Part shown: positions 37,700-50,951 of the stretch, one piece after another
Layout: every line of letters starts with the position of its first letter
Position numbering within the stretch: position 1 is the stretch's first letter
Position numbers and translations under genes: made by a program
Notes under the pieces: generated by a model
Database searches by the model: none
What the model was told of the DNA's origin: nothing
What the model saw: only the letters and a program-made list of their open reading frames with translations
Assembly (NCBI RefSeq): GCF_964194155.1
Contig: NC_135904.1
Location: forward strand, 992,001 to 1,056,000
Reading direction: 5' to 3'
Source of the DNA: Cetorhinus maximus
Lineage: Eukaryota
DNA length: 64,000 nt

Positions 37700-38575
37700 G
37701 AGGTTGAGTGTCTTGGGCTACAGGAAGATATAGACGGGATGGTCAAATAGGCAGATAAGTAGCAGATGGAATTTAACCCTGAAAACTGTGAGGTGATACA
37801 CTTTGGAAGGAGTAATTTGACAAGGAAGTATTCAATGAACGGCATGACACTAGGAAGTTCTGAGGAACAAAGTGACCTTGGTGTGTGTGTCCATAGATCT
37901 CTGAAGGCGGAGGGGCATGTTAGTGGGGTGGTGAAAAAGGCATATGGGACACTTGCCTTTATCAATCGAGGTATAGATTACAAAAGTAGGGAGGTCATGT
38001 TGGAGTTGTACCGAACCTTGGTGAGGTCACAGCTGGAGTACTATGTACAGTTCTGGTCGCCACATTATAGGAAGGATGTGATTGCACTGGAGGGGGTGCA
38101 GAGGAGATTCACCAGGATGTTGCCTGGGATGAAACATTTAAGTTATGAAGAGAGGTTGGATAGACTTGGGTTGTTTTCATTGGAGCAGAGAAGACTGAGG
38201 GACGACCTGATCGAGGTGTACAAGATTATGAGGGGCATGGACAGGGTGGATAGGGAGCAGCTGTTCCCCTTAGTTGAAGGATCAGTCACAAGGGGGCATA
38301 AGTTCAAGGTGAGGGGCAGGAGGTTTAGGAGGGATGTGAGGAAAAACTTTTTTACCCAGAGGGTGGTGACGGTCTGGAATGCACTTCCTGGGAGGGTGGT
38401 GGAGGCGGGTTGCCTCACATCCTTTAAAAAGTACCTGGATGAGCGCTTGGCACGTCATAATATTCAAGGTTATGGGCCAAGTGCTGGTAAATGGGATTAG
38501 GTAGGTAGGTCAGATATTTCTCACGTGTCGGTGCAGACTCGATGGGCCAAAGGGCCTCTTCTGCACTGTGATTCT
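37700..38575 (+). mobile_element. CR1 3' portion with uninterrupted 244-aa ORF2 C-terminus
   Basis: ORF 37766-38500: LYRTLVRSQLEY...VQRRFTRMLPG...FFTQRVVTVWNALP. Confidence 0.92.
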
Positions 38576-39157
38576 ATTCAGACTAGGCATTACTGCTCTG
38601 GTGTTATTCCTGACCTTGGCGTACCTGACACTGAGACTGGGTATACAATTGGAAAACCTTTTCATTCACCATCACTGACATCTCCTACAATGATTAATCT
38701 TTACCGCACCCCCTCCCGTGCCCATTAAATGTGGAAGTTTTTTTTTTCTTTCATCATTCTGTTTTTGGGCTAAATCATTAGAGATCAGTTTTTTTTTACA
38801 CCAATTAAGGCAGTTTGAAAAATGCTTGTAAAAATTATATAGATGTGTGATTCAAATTCATGTGACCTTTAAAAAGTGCTGGTTTTATAACATAGTATAG
38901 AAATCACCATCTGGTATCTTTCTTGGTAATCTGTCCTATTTCATTTTACATAGATTTTTATTATTTGTGCCAGAAGAAGTGTTTTTAGGCTCATAGTAAC
39001 ACATTATTTAAATCACTTGCTTAATGTGATTTTCACACTTGGTACAGTTGCTACAAATCTATTAGGAAAATCAGTAAGTGATTACTAGTGCAATATACAT
39101 TTCACAAATATGTTACCACAATCCCAATTTCTGTAAGATCTTTGGAAATACCTGTAA

Positions 39158-39403
<246 letters not shown>

Positions 39404-39872
39404 TAAGTCTTTATGGTGCTGCAGCAGGCTTTACATGACCACACATTGCAATGCTCGTGTTTTAGTTCAGCAAGTGTTGTCAAAATTGTACATCATTTGA
39501 GTTCTTAAAGACCAAGTGAGTACCCAGATTCAGAAGTGGGGAAGGAATTGGTTCTGCGTATGACCAATCGGTGTCGATGGCTGTTCATGCAGATGGATGG
39601 TTGTAAGTTCAGACTATTTTGACATTTTGACTATTTTGACCTTTTAAACGCCATATATTGAACCAACATTCCCTGTTTAATTATTTTCAACAGTGTATTT
39701 TCATTAATGTTTTTTTATCAACAAGTAATTTTGAGTGCTTAGACTTGTTTATCTAGTGTTTTTCCTTTGTGCACTCAATGTGTTCTTTCCTGATGAAGCG
39801 CACATATTAGAACTGTGGAGGTGACCATAGTACCACTCCATCCATCCTTTGGATGGAGACGGTTAGCTGTAA

Positions 39873-40208
<336 letters not shown>

Positions 40209-40319
40209 TAAATAAAAGTAGTATCCCCACAGCATATCACTGTATGTACTGCTATTTTAAACACATTTTTTATTCAAGAAGACAGAGAATCTGGTGTGAA
40301 TGATAACATCAATTAGATT

Positions 40320-41065
40320 TTCAGATGACAAATCACTTCTAGCAAGCACAGAAAAAGGATCACAAGAACTAGTAGATAGATTAGTAACTTTGGAATGAAA
40401 GTGAACATCGACAAAACCAAAGTGATGCATATCTCAAAATCACCAAGAAATATTCAGATATTCATAGAAGGAAGAGAACTAGAACACATGCAAGAATTCG
40501 AGTATTTAGGAAGCATAATATCTGCAGATGAAGATACAGCAAAGCAATAAGAACAAAGGATAGCAATGGGAAAGACCATATTTGGTAAGAAGAGACGTTT
40601 GCTCACTGGGAAGATGAATAAACAACTCAAAAAGCAACTTGTAAAGAGCTTGGTTTGGAATGTTGTTTACGGATGTGAGACGTGGACCTTACAGAAGAAG
40701 GAGACCAACTTGCTAAAAAGTTTTGAAATGTGGGTTTGGAGAAGAATGGAAAAGATCTGCTGGACAGAAAAAAGTAACAAATGAAGAAGTGATGTGGAGA
40801 GTGAATGAACAAAAAACTTGTTGAACATAATTAGGAAAAGACAGAAACTGAGTGAGACACATTTTAGGAGGAAGCTGACTTGTAAAAGGCATTATGGAGG
40901 GAAGATTTCAAGGAAGAAAGAGGAAGGAAGGGAATTTCGATGTTGGATGGCTTGAAAATTGAAGGAAGTTTTTGGCAAATGAAAAGAACGGCACAGGATA
41001 GAACGATATGGAAAGACTGCTAAAAGCCAGGGATCTGCCTTTGGGCAGTGCACACATGATGGTGA
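40320..41065 (+). mobile_element. RTE-clade (BovB-like) LINE fragment
   Basis: YGCETWTLQKKETNLLKSFEMWVWRRMEKICWTEK is a typical RTE ORF C-terminal motif. Confidence 0.8.
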
Positions 41066-41484
41066 TTTTATTCATTAAATTAGCAATAGTTGTTACAATT
41101 TAATGTCATCAAATGGTTCAAATTATGGAAGGACTGGCTGTTTCATCCTTTAATAGACATCTTAAACTTGATGCATTTGTTGGTATACTGTGGATGAAAA
41201 TTTTTCCTTTTATGTTGGCAACTTTTCAGTTAAGAATGCATTGAACAATATAAGCTGTTTCCTGAACTGCAAATATGAAACAAAGAAAGCACAAATTCAT
41301 GGGAGATTAAAATAATTTAAAGAACAGAAGCAATGCCATGCATGTTTTTTTAACTATTGTTTTATCTGATTAAGAACTTGACGTTTTTTTAATTCATTCT
41401 TGGGATGGGAACATCCTGGCAGGGCTGTTATTTACTGCCCATCCCTAATTGCCCTTAAGGTGGTGGTGAGCTGCCTTTTTGTAT

Positions 41485-41810
41485 ATAACTGAGTGGCTTG
41501 CTAGGTCACTTCAGAGGGCAGTTAAAAGTCAACCACATTGCTGTGGCTCTGGAGTCATACACAGGCCAGACAAGGTAGGCATGGCAGATTTCCTTCCCTA
41601 TGAGACACACTCATGACCCAGATGGATTTTTAGGACATTCTGCTAGTTTCATAGTCACCATCACTTATGCTGCTTTTTATTCCAGATTTTTAAATTATTT
41701 AAATTTAAATTCTCATCTGCCGTGGTGGGATTTGAATTAGTGTCTCCAGATCTTTAGGTCAGGATTCTGCATTACTAGTTCTATAATGTAACCTCTATGC
41801 TATCACACAC
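41485..41810 (-). mobile_element. tRNA-derived SINE (family uncertain)
   Basis: Reverse B-box-like GTGGTGGGATTTGAA near 41722; body resembles common shark SINEs. Confidence 0.5.
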
Positions 41811-42419
41811 CTAATCTCTGAACTCTCAACTCACTTGATAATTTGTCATATTTGACATTGAAATTAATCTGCATTTACTCACTATTGCGGTGTTAATTCC
41901 TACTAAAAATATCTCTCTTGGACTAATCAGGTTTCAAAAGAGAAGACAAAATTCTGCCCTGCAGGTAGTAGAACTGAAGAATTTTGATCAGTCTGTTATT
42001 GTCAAAACTCCGGTGACTGTCCTCCACACTCTTTCAAGGCAAGGACTTGAACCCTGGTGCTGTGTTTCTGACTGTCCATAGCGACTCTTTCATTGACTTG
42101 TTCTGTACTGCAGCTGCGTCACGACTTGCAGGTTCAGGATGCTGTTAATTAATTCAAAGGTTGCTCATTTACCTTTGGATGGCATTTCCTCCATCAGGGG
42201 TCCCATTGTTCTCCTCCAGGTACTCATTTGCCCCAAACCATTGGCTGCCACATTTCCTACATTACAACAATAACTAACATTCAAAAGTATGTTGTTGGAT
42301 GTATCTTGATGCAGTTGGAGATAAATTACACAGCCTTATTTTCTTTGGAATTGAGCTTAAAATCAATGTTTATGGGTTTAGATCCCATTGCAACCTTAAG
42401 CAAATAACCATGACTTATT

Positions 42420-42790
<371 letters not shown>

Positions 42791-43059
42791 TAAAAAAAGC
42801 GAAAAGGAAAATATTTTTATATAAACAAATTTTAACATGTGACAAAATAATTGACTATGATTATTTATTGGTTTCTAGTTTTAGTTTTTGCCTGCAGAGA
42901 ACAAAGAAATGGACTAAACTTCGGATATTAATTAAAATGGAGAGATGATATTACAACCTGAGCAGAAACTTGGCTTCAATTGAGCAAGACTAGGAGCTAT
43001 ATTTTCCAAGCTATAAAATTTTTATAAGAGATGGAGAAGTTAAACCTGGCAATTACAGG

Positions 43060-44480
43060 GCAGTCAATTTAACATTGATTTTGGGGAAACTTATAGAACC
43101 AATAATCCAGAAGAAAATTAACATCCGCTTGGACAAGCATGGACTAATGTAAGACAACCAGCTCGGATTTGTTGAGCGAAAGTAGTGATTGACTAACTTG
43201 ATTGAGTTTTTAAATGAGGTAACAGAGAAGGTAAATGAGGGCAGTGCAATTTGTTGTGTTTGGGCTTTCAAAAGGTTTTTGATAAAGAACCAGATATTTG
43301 GCTTATTAACAAAATTGAAGTCCCATGGGATTAAGGGGGCAGTAGCAACATGAAATATCAAAGATTACAATGCAAAATAAGAGCTCATGGTGTAGGGGGT
43401 AACGTTAACATGGATAGAGGATTGGTTAGCTAGCAGGAATAGAGAGTAGGCATAAATGGGTCACTTTTGGGTTGGCAAAATAAGATGAGTACCACAGGGA
43501 TCAGTGCTAGGGTCTTAACTATTTACAATTTATATCAGTGACTTGGATGAAGGGACCAAATGTATGGTTGCCAAATTTGCTGATGACACAGATAGGTAGG
43601 AAAGTAAGTTGTGAAGAGGACATGAGTCTGCAAAGGGACATAGGTTAAGTGAGTGGGCAAAAATTTGGCAGATGGAGTATAATGTGGGAAAATGTGAACT
43701 TGTCCACTTTGGCTGGACAAATAGAAAAGCAGCATATTATTTAAAAGGAGAGAGATTGCAGAACCCTGAGGTACAGAGGGACCTGGGTGTCCTGGTAGAA
43801 TCACAAAGTATGCAGATACAGCAAGTGATTAGGAAAGGCAAATGGAAAGTTGTTGTTTATTGCAAGGGGAATGGAATATAAAAGTAGGGATGTTTTGTTA
43901 CAGTTGTTCAGGGTGTTGGTGAGACCATATCTGGACTAGTGTGTACTGTTTTGATCTATTTATTTAAGAAAGTATATTAATGCATTAGAAGCAGTTCAGA
44001 GAAGGTTCACTCGACAGATACCTGAGATGGGGGTGGGTTATCTTATGAGGAAAGGTTGGACAAGCTGGGCTGTATTCACTGGAGTTTAAAAGATTGAGAG
44101 GTGATCTTATTGAAATATATATCCTGAGGGGACTTGACAGGGTGGATCCTGAAAGAATGTTTCCCCTTGTGGGAGAGACTAGAACTAGGGGACACAGTTA
44201 AAAATAAGGGGTCTCCCATTTAAGTCAGAGGTGAGAAGAAATTTTTTCTGAGGATCGTGATTCTTTGGAGCACTCTTCCCTGGAGAGCAGTGGAGGCAGT
44301 GTCAGTGAATATTTTTAAGGCAGAGGTACAAAGCCTTTGACTCCCTTGTTAGTCAAGAACCTATCGGGGGTAGGTGGATTGTGGAGTTGTGGCTACAGTC
44401 AGATCAGCCATGATCTTGTTGAATGATGGAGCAGGCTCAAGGGGCCGAATGGCCTACCCCTCTTAATTCATATATTCACA
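43060..44480 (+). mobile_element. CR1 LINE fragments
   Basis: QMEYNVGKCELVHFG; PQGSVLG; CR1 3' UTR ending GGCCGAATGGCCTAC. Confidence 0.85.
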
Positions 44481-44489
44481 TGAGTACAA

Positions 44490-45520
44490 AATTGGCTGAG
44501 GGATCGGTCAGAGTTGTGTTGAATGTTTTTTTTAAACTGGAGGGAGGTAAACAGTGGAATTGTCCAAGGTTCAGTCCTAAGACCGCTGCTGTATTTGATA
44601 TGCACTAATGATTTGGACCTGGGGGCAAAGGGCACTGTTTCAAAATTTGCAGATGAGACAAAATTTGGAAGTGTAGTAAACACTGAGAAAGATGGTAATA
44701 GATTTCAAGAGGACATAGACTGGTGGAATGGGCAGGCAAATGGTAGATGAAATTCAACAAAGAAAGGTGATGACATTTTGCCAGGAAGAATGAAGAGATG
44801 AGGAAAAACAATGCAAGCTAAATGGTCCAATTTTGAAGGGAGTGTAAGAAAAGAGGCCTTTTTGTTTGTGCACAAATCATTGGTGCCAGGACATGTTAAC
44901 ATAGCAGTTAATAAAGCATATGGAATTCTAGACTTTATAAATAGGGGTATAGAGTACAAAAAGCAGGACATATTCTAAACCTACGTAAAACACTGGTTCA
45001 GCCCCAGCTGGAGTATTGTGTCCAATTTTGGGCACTGCACTTAGGAAGGACAAGAAAACTCTGAAGATGCCACAGAAGAGATTTACTAGAATGGCTCCAA
45101 GAATGAGAGATTACAGCTACAAAGGCTGGAGAAGCTGGGTTATTCTCCTTAGAGCAGAGAAAGCTAAGGGGAGATTTGATAGAGGTATTTAAAATCATGA
45201 CGGTTTAGATAGAGAAAATAAAGAAAAACTACTTCCAATGATTGAAGGGTCAATAACCAGAGTGCAGAGTTAAGACGGTTAGGTATAGAACCAGAGACAA
45301 CGTGAGGAAAAAGTTCTTAAAGCAACAAGTGGTTAGAATTTGTAATGAACTGCCCAATATGGTGGTGGATACCAATTCAATAGTAGCTTCAAAAGGAAAC
45401 TTTATAAATTATTTAAAGGAGAAAAAATTGCAGGGATATGGGGCAAGAGTGGGACTATCTGAATTCCACTTAAAGCCAGTGTAGATTTAATGGGCCAAAT
45501 GGCCTCCTGTGCACGCTATT
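44490..45520 (+). mobile_element. Older CR1 LINE fragment
   Basis: SGIVQGSVLRPLL...SKFADETKFG; 3' UTR GGGCCAAATGGCCTCC. Confidence 0.8.
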
Positions 45521-45689
45521 CAGTGATTGCGGGCAGTTAATGGATTGCTTTTGTCATCTTCATTTAAGTTAGAGGTGCCATAGGAATGTAACAGTAGTGC
45601 AACAGCTGAAGCATTTTTAACAATTCTGGTTGAATTCACATGGTGTGTATATATTTTTAAAGGACGAATTTCTTTATTTTTCCATGTAG

Positions 45690-45866
<177 letters not shown>

Positions 45867-46396
45867 TGACTTGTTCTCCATATATCTTAGCTTTGAGAAA
45901 TGTTTGATACTGAGTGGATGAGACTTCCATTGGCCACATTCCTCTGCAATCAGTCGTGTTTTTTCCCTCTCCGCAATCCTTATCCAAGTGGTCATCCTTT
46001 GTGTGATTATAGACAGTTAATGTCTGCAGATTAGTTTGTTGTAATTTCATCACAGCCAGACTTGACTTTGTCCTTGAATAATTTCCACACTGTTGTTCAC
46101 ATAAAACACTGATTTTATTTTGTATAGAAGAGGATGATGGTGACACATTGAACACTGTTGAACACCTTAAAGAATACAACCCCTTAGGGAGGTTAGGAAT
46201 ACATTTTAGCAAAGGGAAGTTAAATCATATAGATAATGTCCTTTTGTGGGCACTGATGGAATTATCAATTCATAATTAGTGTTCACTATTGTGAATGGAG
46301 TTTTTGAGATTTTTTTGTTTTTGTCAAAGTAAATAATTTGCATGCATTAGCAAGATTCTTGCATGACATTTATACCTTCTGTCTCTATCTCTGCAG

Positions 46397-46696
46397 TACC
46401 TTGGATTTGGCACCCCCTCAAATCTTGGCAAAGGGAGAAGGGCGGCAGCAGCTGCTGATTTAGCGAATACAAGCGGTGATAACAATACTGTCCAGGAATT
46501 AGAAGAAAAGGACAGATTACTTCGCCATGTCGAGGCCCGGGACCTGATAGAATTTGGAATGATTCCAGAATTTGTAGGACGCCTGCCTGTGATAGTTCCA
46601 TTGCATAGCTTAAATGAGGACACGTTGGTGCAAATTCTAACAGAACCACGAAATGCTGTCGTTCCACAGTACCAGGCTTTGTTCAGTATGGATAAG
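46397..46696 (+). CDS. CLPX: CLPX exon 11 (LGF ClpP-docking loop, arginine finger)
   Basis: [24 protein letters not shown]...[12 protein letters not shown]...[10 protein letters not shown]. Confidence 0.98.
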
Positions 46697-47603
46697 GTGT
46701 GAAACCACTACTCTCTTCGTTCTCCTCTGCTTTTGTTAGTTATCGAGGGGACTTACTTTGAAATGGTTCTTTCCTGCATAATAAATAAAAAAGCTTCTAT
46801 TTTATCTGGATCTTTATTCTATTGGATGTGGAACATTGGAGAGATGAAAAGACCCTTAGCCCATCTAACTGATCTGCTTAGGTCTGTTTAGATAACTTAC
46901 TTGGGTCATTTTTGCATTCCTCGTCGGAATGCAGATTTTCTCATTTCCCTTTGCTATTTATATTGCTCATAAAGTATTTAAACCATCTGGGAACTACTGT
47001 TTGCTGAAAATTAAGACTATTTAGACTTTCACTGTTAATTTTCATACAGGTCTCTTAATTGTGCATGATTTTTGTCTTTTTTAAATGGGAAATATCTCCT
47101 CAAAATTATTTGCAGTGGTGCACATAGCACATAGGTGCTATGTAACTTGCTCCTGGAATCAGTTACACAAAAATGGCATTTGGATTTTAGCTGCTACTTG
47201 TGCTTTTTTTGGGGGAGACTCGGGCCTTGCATGATAGCTTTGGCCGAGAATGGCAGTTTGCTGATCGAAATGCATATTTGTATTGCCAGTTAATACAATT
47301 GCAACCTGTTACAAACTTCCCTCTCAGCCATGTTTTAAATGGAAATAATGTAATATCCGAATCAGTAGAAAAGTTATTACTTAAAATGTGCATAGAATGA
47401 TACCTGAGATGCTAGTGGGTGATAAGTAATAATTGAAAGACTTGAGCTAAATATAAACCTGTCTTTTCAAATAATGACTTCCCCTGAGTCTTACAATTTG
47501 GACCTAACCATTTTACTTAAATATTATGTCTGGAGGGAATAATTTGAGAAATGCATATTTGTTTTGGTGTTGCTGATTTTAATTTTTTTTATATTTTGTA
47601 TAG

Positions 47604-47705
<102 letters not shown>

Positions 47706-48291
47706 TGAAAAGATTGCTTAAAAAGTCTAATTTATATGGTTATTGTTGTTCTTTGACAAATTAATTAATAGAGAGGCGTTGGGGGTACGGTGTCAGAAAA
47801 TGCAAGTTTCTGACTGGATAGTGTAGATTTGAGTATCTACTCAATGTCAGAATGAAAAAATCCATCAACTAGTTGCATATTTTAAATCCAAATTTGAAAT
47901 TTATCACTGGCAGATTACTGTGGTGGGGTATACAGTAAGCAGTGTGTGACATGGTTTTTCTAATATCCCTGCTTTTTTGTGAAATCTCTAAGATATATTT
48001 CAAAATATTTCATCTTCTATTTGAAAGGAATGGTTATTGAAGCAACAACCTCATTTATATAACCCCTTTAACGCCCTAGGACATTATGTTATCAAACAAA
48101 ATTTGACAAGGAGCCATACATGGAGATATTGGGGCCTCCTAGGCATCGAAGAAGCACCTTGCACTGAGCTAGTCCTTCGAGTTAGAATTAAGCGAACTGT
48201 TCAGAGGTCTGGGGGGTTATACGGTTAGTTGATTGGTTTTTGTGGGTGGTGAGGTAAAACTGCAACTCATAAAAGAAAAATGTATTTTCAG

Positions 48292-48398
48292 GAAAAGTTG
48301 CTGTTGGAGCCAATGTTTGAAGTGCCAAATTCTGACATTGTAGCTGTAGAAGTGGATAAAGACATTGTGGATGGAAAGAAACCACCTGCATACATACG
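48292..48398 (+). CDS. CLPX: CLPX exon 13
   Basis: [35 protein letters not shown]. Confidence 0.97.
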
Positions 48399-49995
48399 GT
48401 AAATTTTCAATGGTTATGTACGTCTGATTAAAATGAAAATCTGACAGAATCTGCTTCATGTGGTGCAAAATTTGTGAATGTTTCCAGTCTGTTCTGTATA
48501 TTTGTACAGATGAATTTAGAGCGCATCACTTTTAAGATGGATAAAAGCTTCTATTTAACACTTAACTGATAATTATCCACAGACCTAGATTATTGTTGGT
48601 GATAGTAACACATTTAAGGTTCCCAAGGATTCAGCTTTTCCCAGTGAACTCCTTGAAAGCCACTATTGTGGCAGTGGCTAGGGTTGTGTAAGCTTCTTGC
48701 ACACCTGACCGTCAGTCCTGACAAACTGCGATAAGCTATTTGTAACCCTTGCACGAATTTGTCCTCACTAGGTCTCCTTTCCAGATGGTGATGGAAGGAA
48801 GAAGCAAGTCAAAACCCATTTCAAAATCTTACAATACCTCAGCCTTCTTCATACCACAGTGACCCTAGAGACTATTGAGTAGCATCTCCCTTTATTGTTT
48901 TAAATATTTTTTCATTTAACTCCATCCTACTCATCATGCAATATTGTGCTTTATTTTCTTCCCACTGAAGCATGTGGGGGAGACTGGCTAAGTCCTTTAT
49001 CGCAGCAAATAGCCCTGCCACAGAGTAATTTTAACATCATTTATTTAGTAGATGGAGTACAGTTCCTGAGGAAATGTAGCAGTACATTTTCTCAATAACT
49101 CCATGCCAAATTCATGTTGGGAAGATACCATCAATCAGATCTGATGGCCACTAATTAGACCAGAAGGCTGGATAATTTCTTCTGCAGGATCTGGGATCAA
49201 ACCCTTTTTTTAGAAGTCATGTAATGGAACGTTCTCTGATCTGCAGAACAGCCAAGCTGAAAGATCATTAATTCTGATAACGGCATAATAGCCAAGGGGA
49301 AATTTGGTTCTTAAACCTGTCTGAGTTCATTTGTAACTGTACCCGCTCTTTCATGTTCATCTGTTGTCTTGGTTGGGTTGTCACATTGACATAATTCCAT
49401 CTGCAACATTTACCTGGTGGCTTGGCTCTTAATAGAAATTGGTTGCTATGAGACCAAGTTTTATCTTCCTTTTAGATGCTCTTGTTGCAGCAGGTAAAAT
49501 ATTTTCTGTCCTGAAAAGCATGCATCAATATTTGGTGTCTTGCCCCCCTGTTACTGCCATCCCCATGCCCCCACCCCAAAACAAGCTTTGCACATATCCC
49601 AGTTTGGAAAAAGGCTCATCAAACGTTGTTGACACTTGCACTGGATCATTGCTTCTACATTTTAGGCTACATGCCTAAAGGACAGCTGTAATGCATCATC
49701 ATGGAGTAATCAGCACAATTTTTTATCAAGTGTTACCTGGATCTAACAATGACCAGTAGCTACAGTTTGGAAGCATTACTTTGGGCTTGAGAAATCAGTT
49801 TTGTTGCACCCCTTGCCTCTTAAATTTTGGGTATTTTGGATAAGTGACAAAAGACAGGTGAAAGAGGTAAAAGAAATTTTAGATTTTGCTGGCAGATGTT
49901 TTGCTACTGTGCCAAATATTTTGAAGGACTTCTTTTTACATGTAGGTCCCTCAAATAAGTCATTTTTAACTGATGAGATATTTTCTTGTATTTAG

Positions 49996-50086
49996 AGCCC
50001 CATCTAAGGAGCCTGTTGAAGAAGAATACGATTCTGGAGTGGAGGATGATCGGTGGCATCGCCAAGCAGATGCAGCTAATAATTAA
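49996..50086 (+). CDS. CLPX: CLPX exon 14 coding part with stop
   Basis: [29 protein letters not shown]; summed CDS 1899 nt, in frame. Confidence 0.95.
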
Positions 50087-50945
50087 ACAACAACAATTTG
50101 GAGCAATTTGTGCAAAGATGAGCCTCGTACAACATGAAACTATTTTTATTTTATTTAATTTTAAATGTGTTATTAACCAGTTACTCTCACCAGAGAGAGC
50201 TACCCTTTAAAGAGATTAGCTTTTTGGAAAGGGCTAGAAATCTCGTCTCCCTTGACATGATCTCAGCAGACCAGTGAAACTGATCATGTGTTTGTAAAAT
50301 AGCAAAATTTTGTACAGTGGACATTATGCTGTCTGTGAATTTTACTGTAAGCACATTCTGAATGTGTTTAAGATACAATTTTTAACAGCTGCTTCCCTAC
50401 AGTAACTGTTTAGGAATAAAAGATGCCTACTCACCCCACCCCAGTACAAAGAATGGAACAAAAATTTACTGACTGTCCTTTTTAATTTTCTCTAATATGT
50501 CCAAAATTTTCACTGTTTCTTTGGGCTAGATGTGCTGTGGTCATATTACAAAGATATTTTGTTTCTTTTTAAAATGTAGAATTTCTATTTGCATTCAAGA
50601 TTTAGAAATCAAATTGAGGCAAAAAAAGTCACAGCAAGTGTCAATGGAACTAAACAATATACAAGTTTTACTAACACAGGTATTGCAGGGATTTCAGCTT
50701 CAATTCTTGATTACAGTAGTTTGGACATGATTTTAGTTTCATTTTGCTTGTGCTAAAGTATACATAACATTGTTTTAGATGCATTCAATATTATGCAAAA
50801 GGAATAATCCTGTACCATATTTTTCTGTACTTCCTTTTATGCAATTGCTGACCAGAAACAGGATTGGCTTTCGTCCTTTAGAAATTGACTTTACTGGAAC
50901 AGTAAAGGATTTGAAGATGAATTATTGTAAATTTCTGGTTATATA

Positions 50946-50951
50946 AATAAA
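50946..50951 (+). terminator. Candidate CLPX polyadenylation signal (alternative AATAAA at 50415-50420)
   Basis: AATAAA in the AU-rich 3' UTR region with downstream T/GT-rich sequence. Confidence 0.45.

Noticed and set aside
37766-38500. 244-aa ORF as a host gene
   Set aside because: It is the C-terminus of CR1 ORF2, 5'-truncated and lacking the endonuclease and most of the RT
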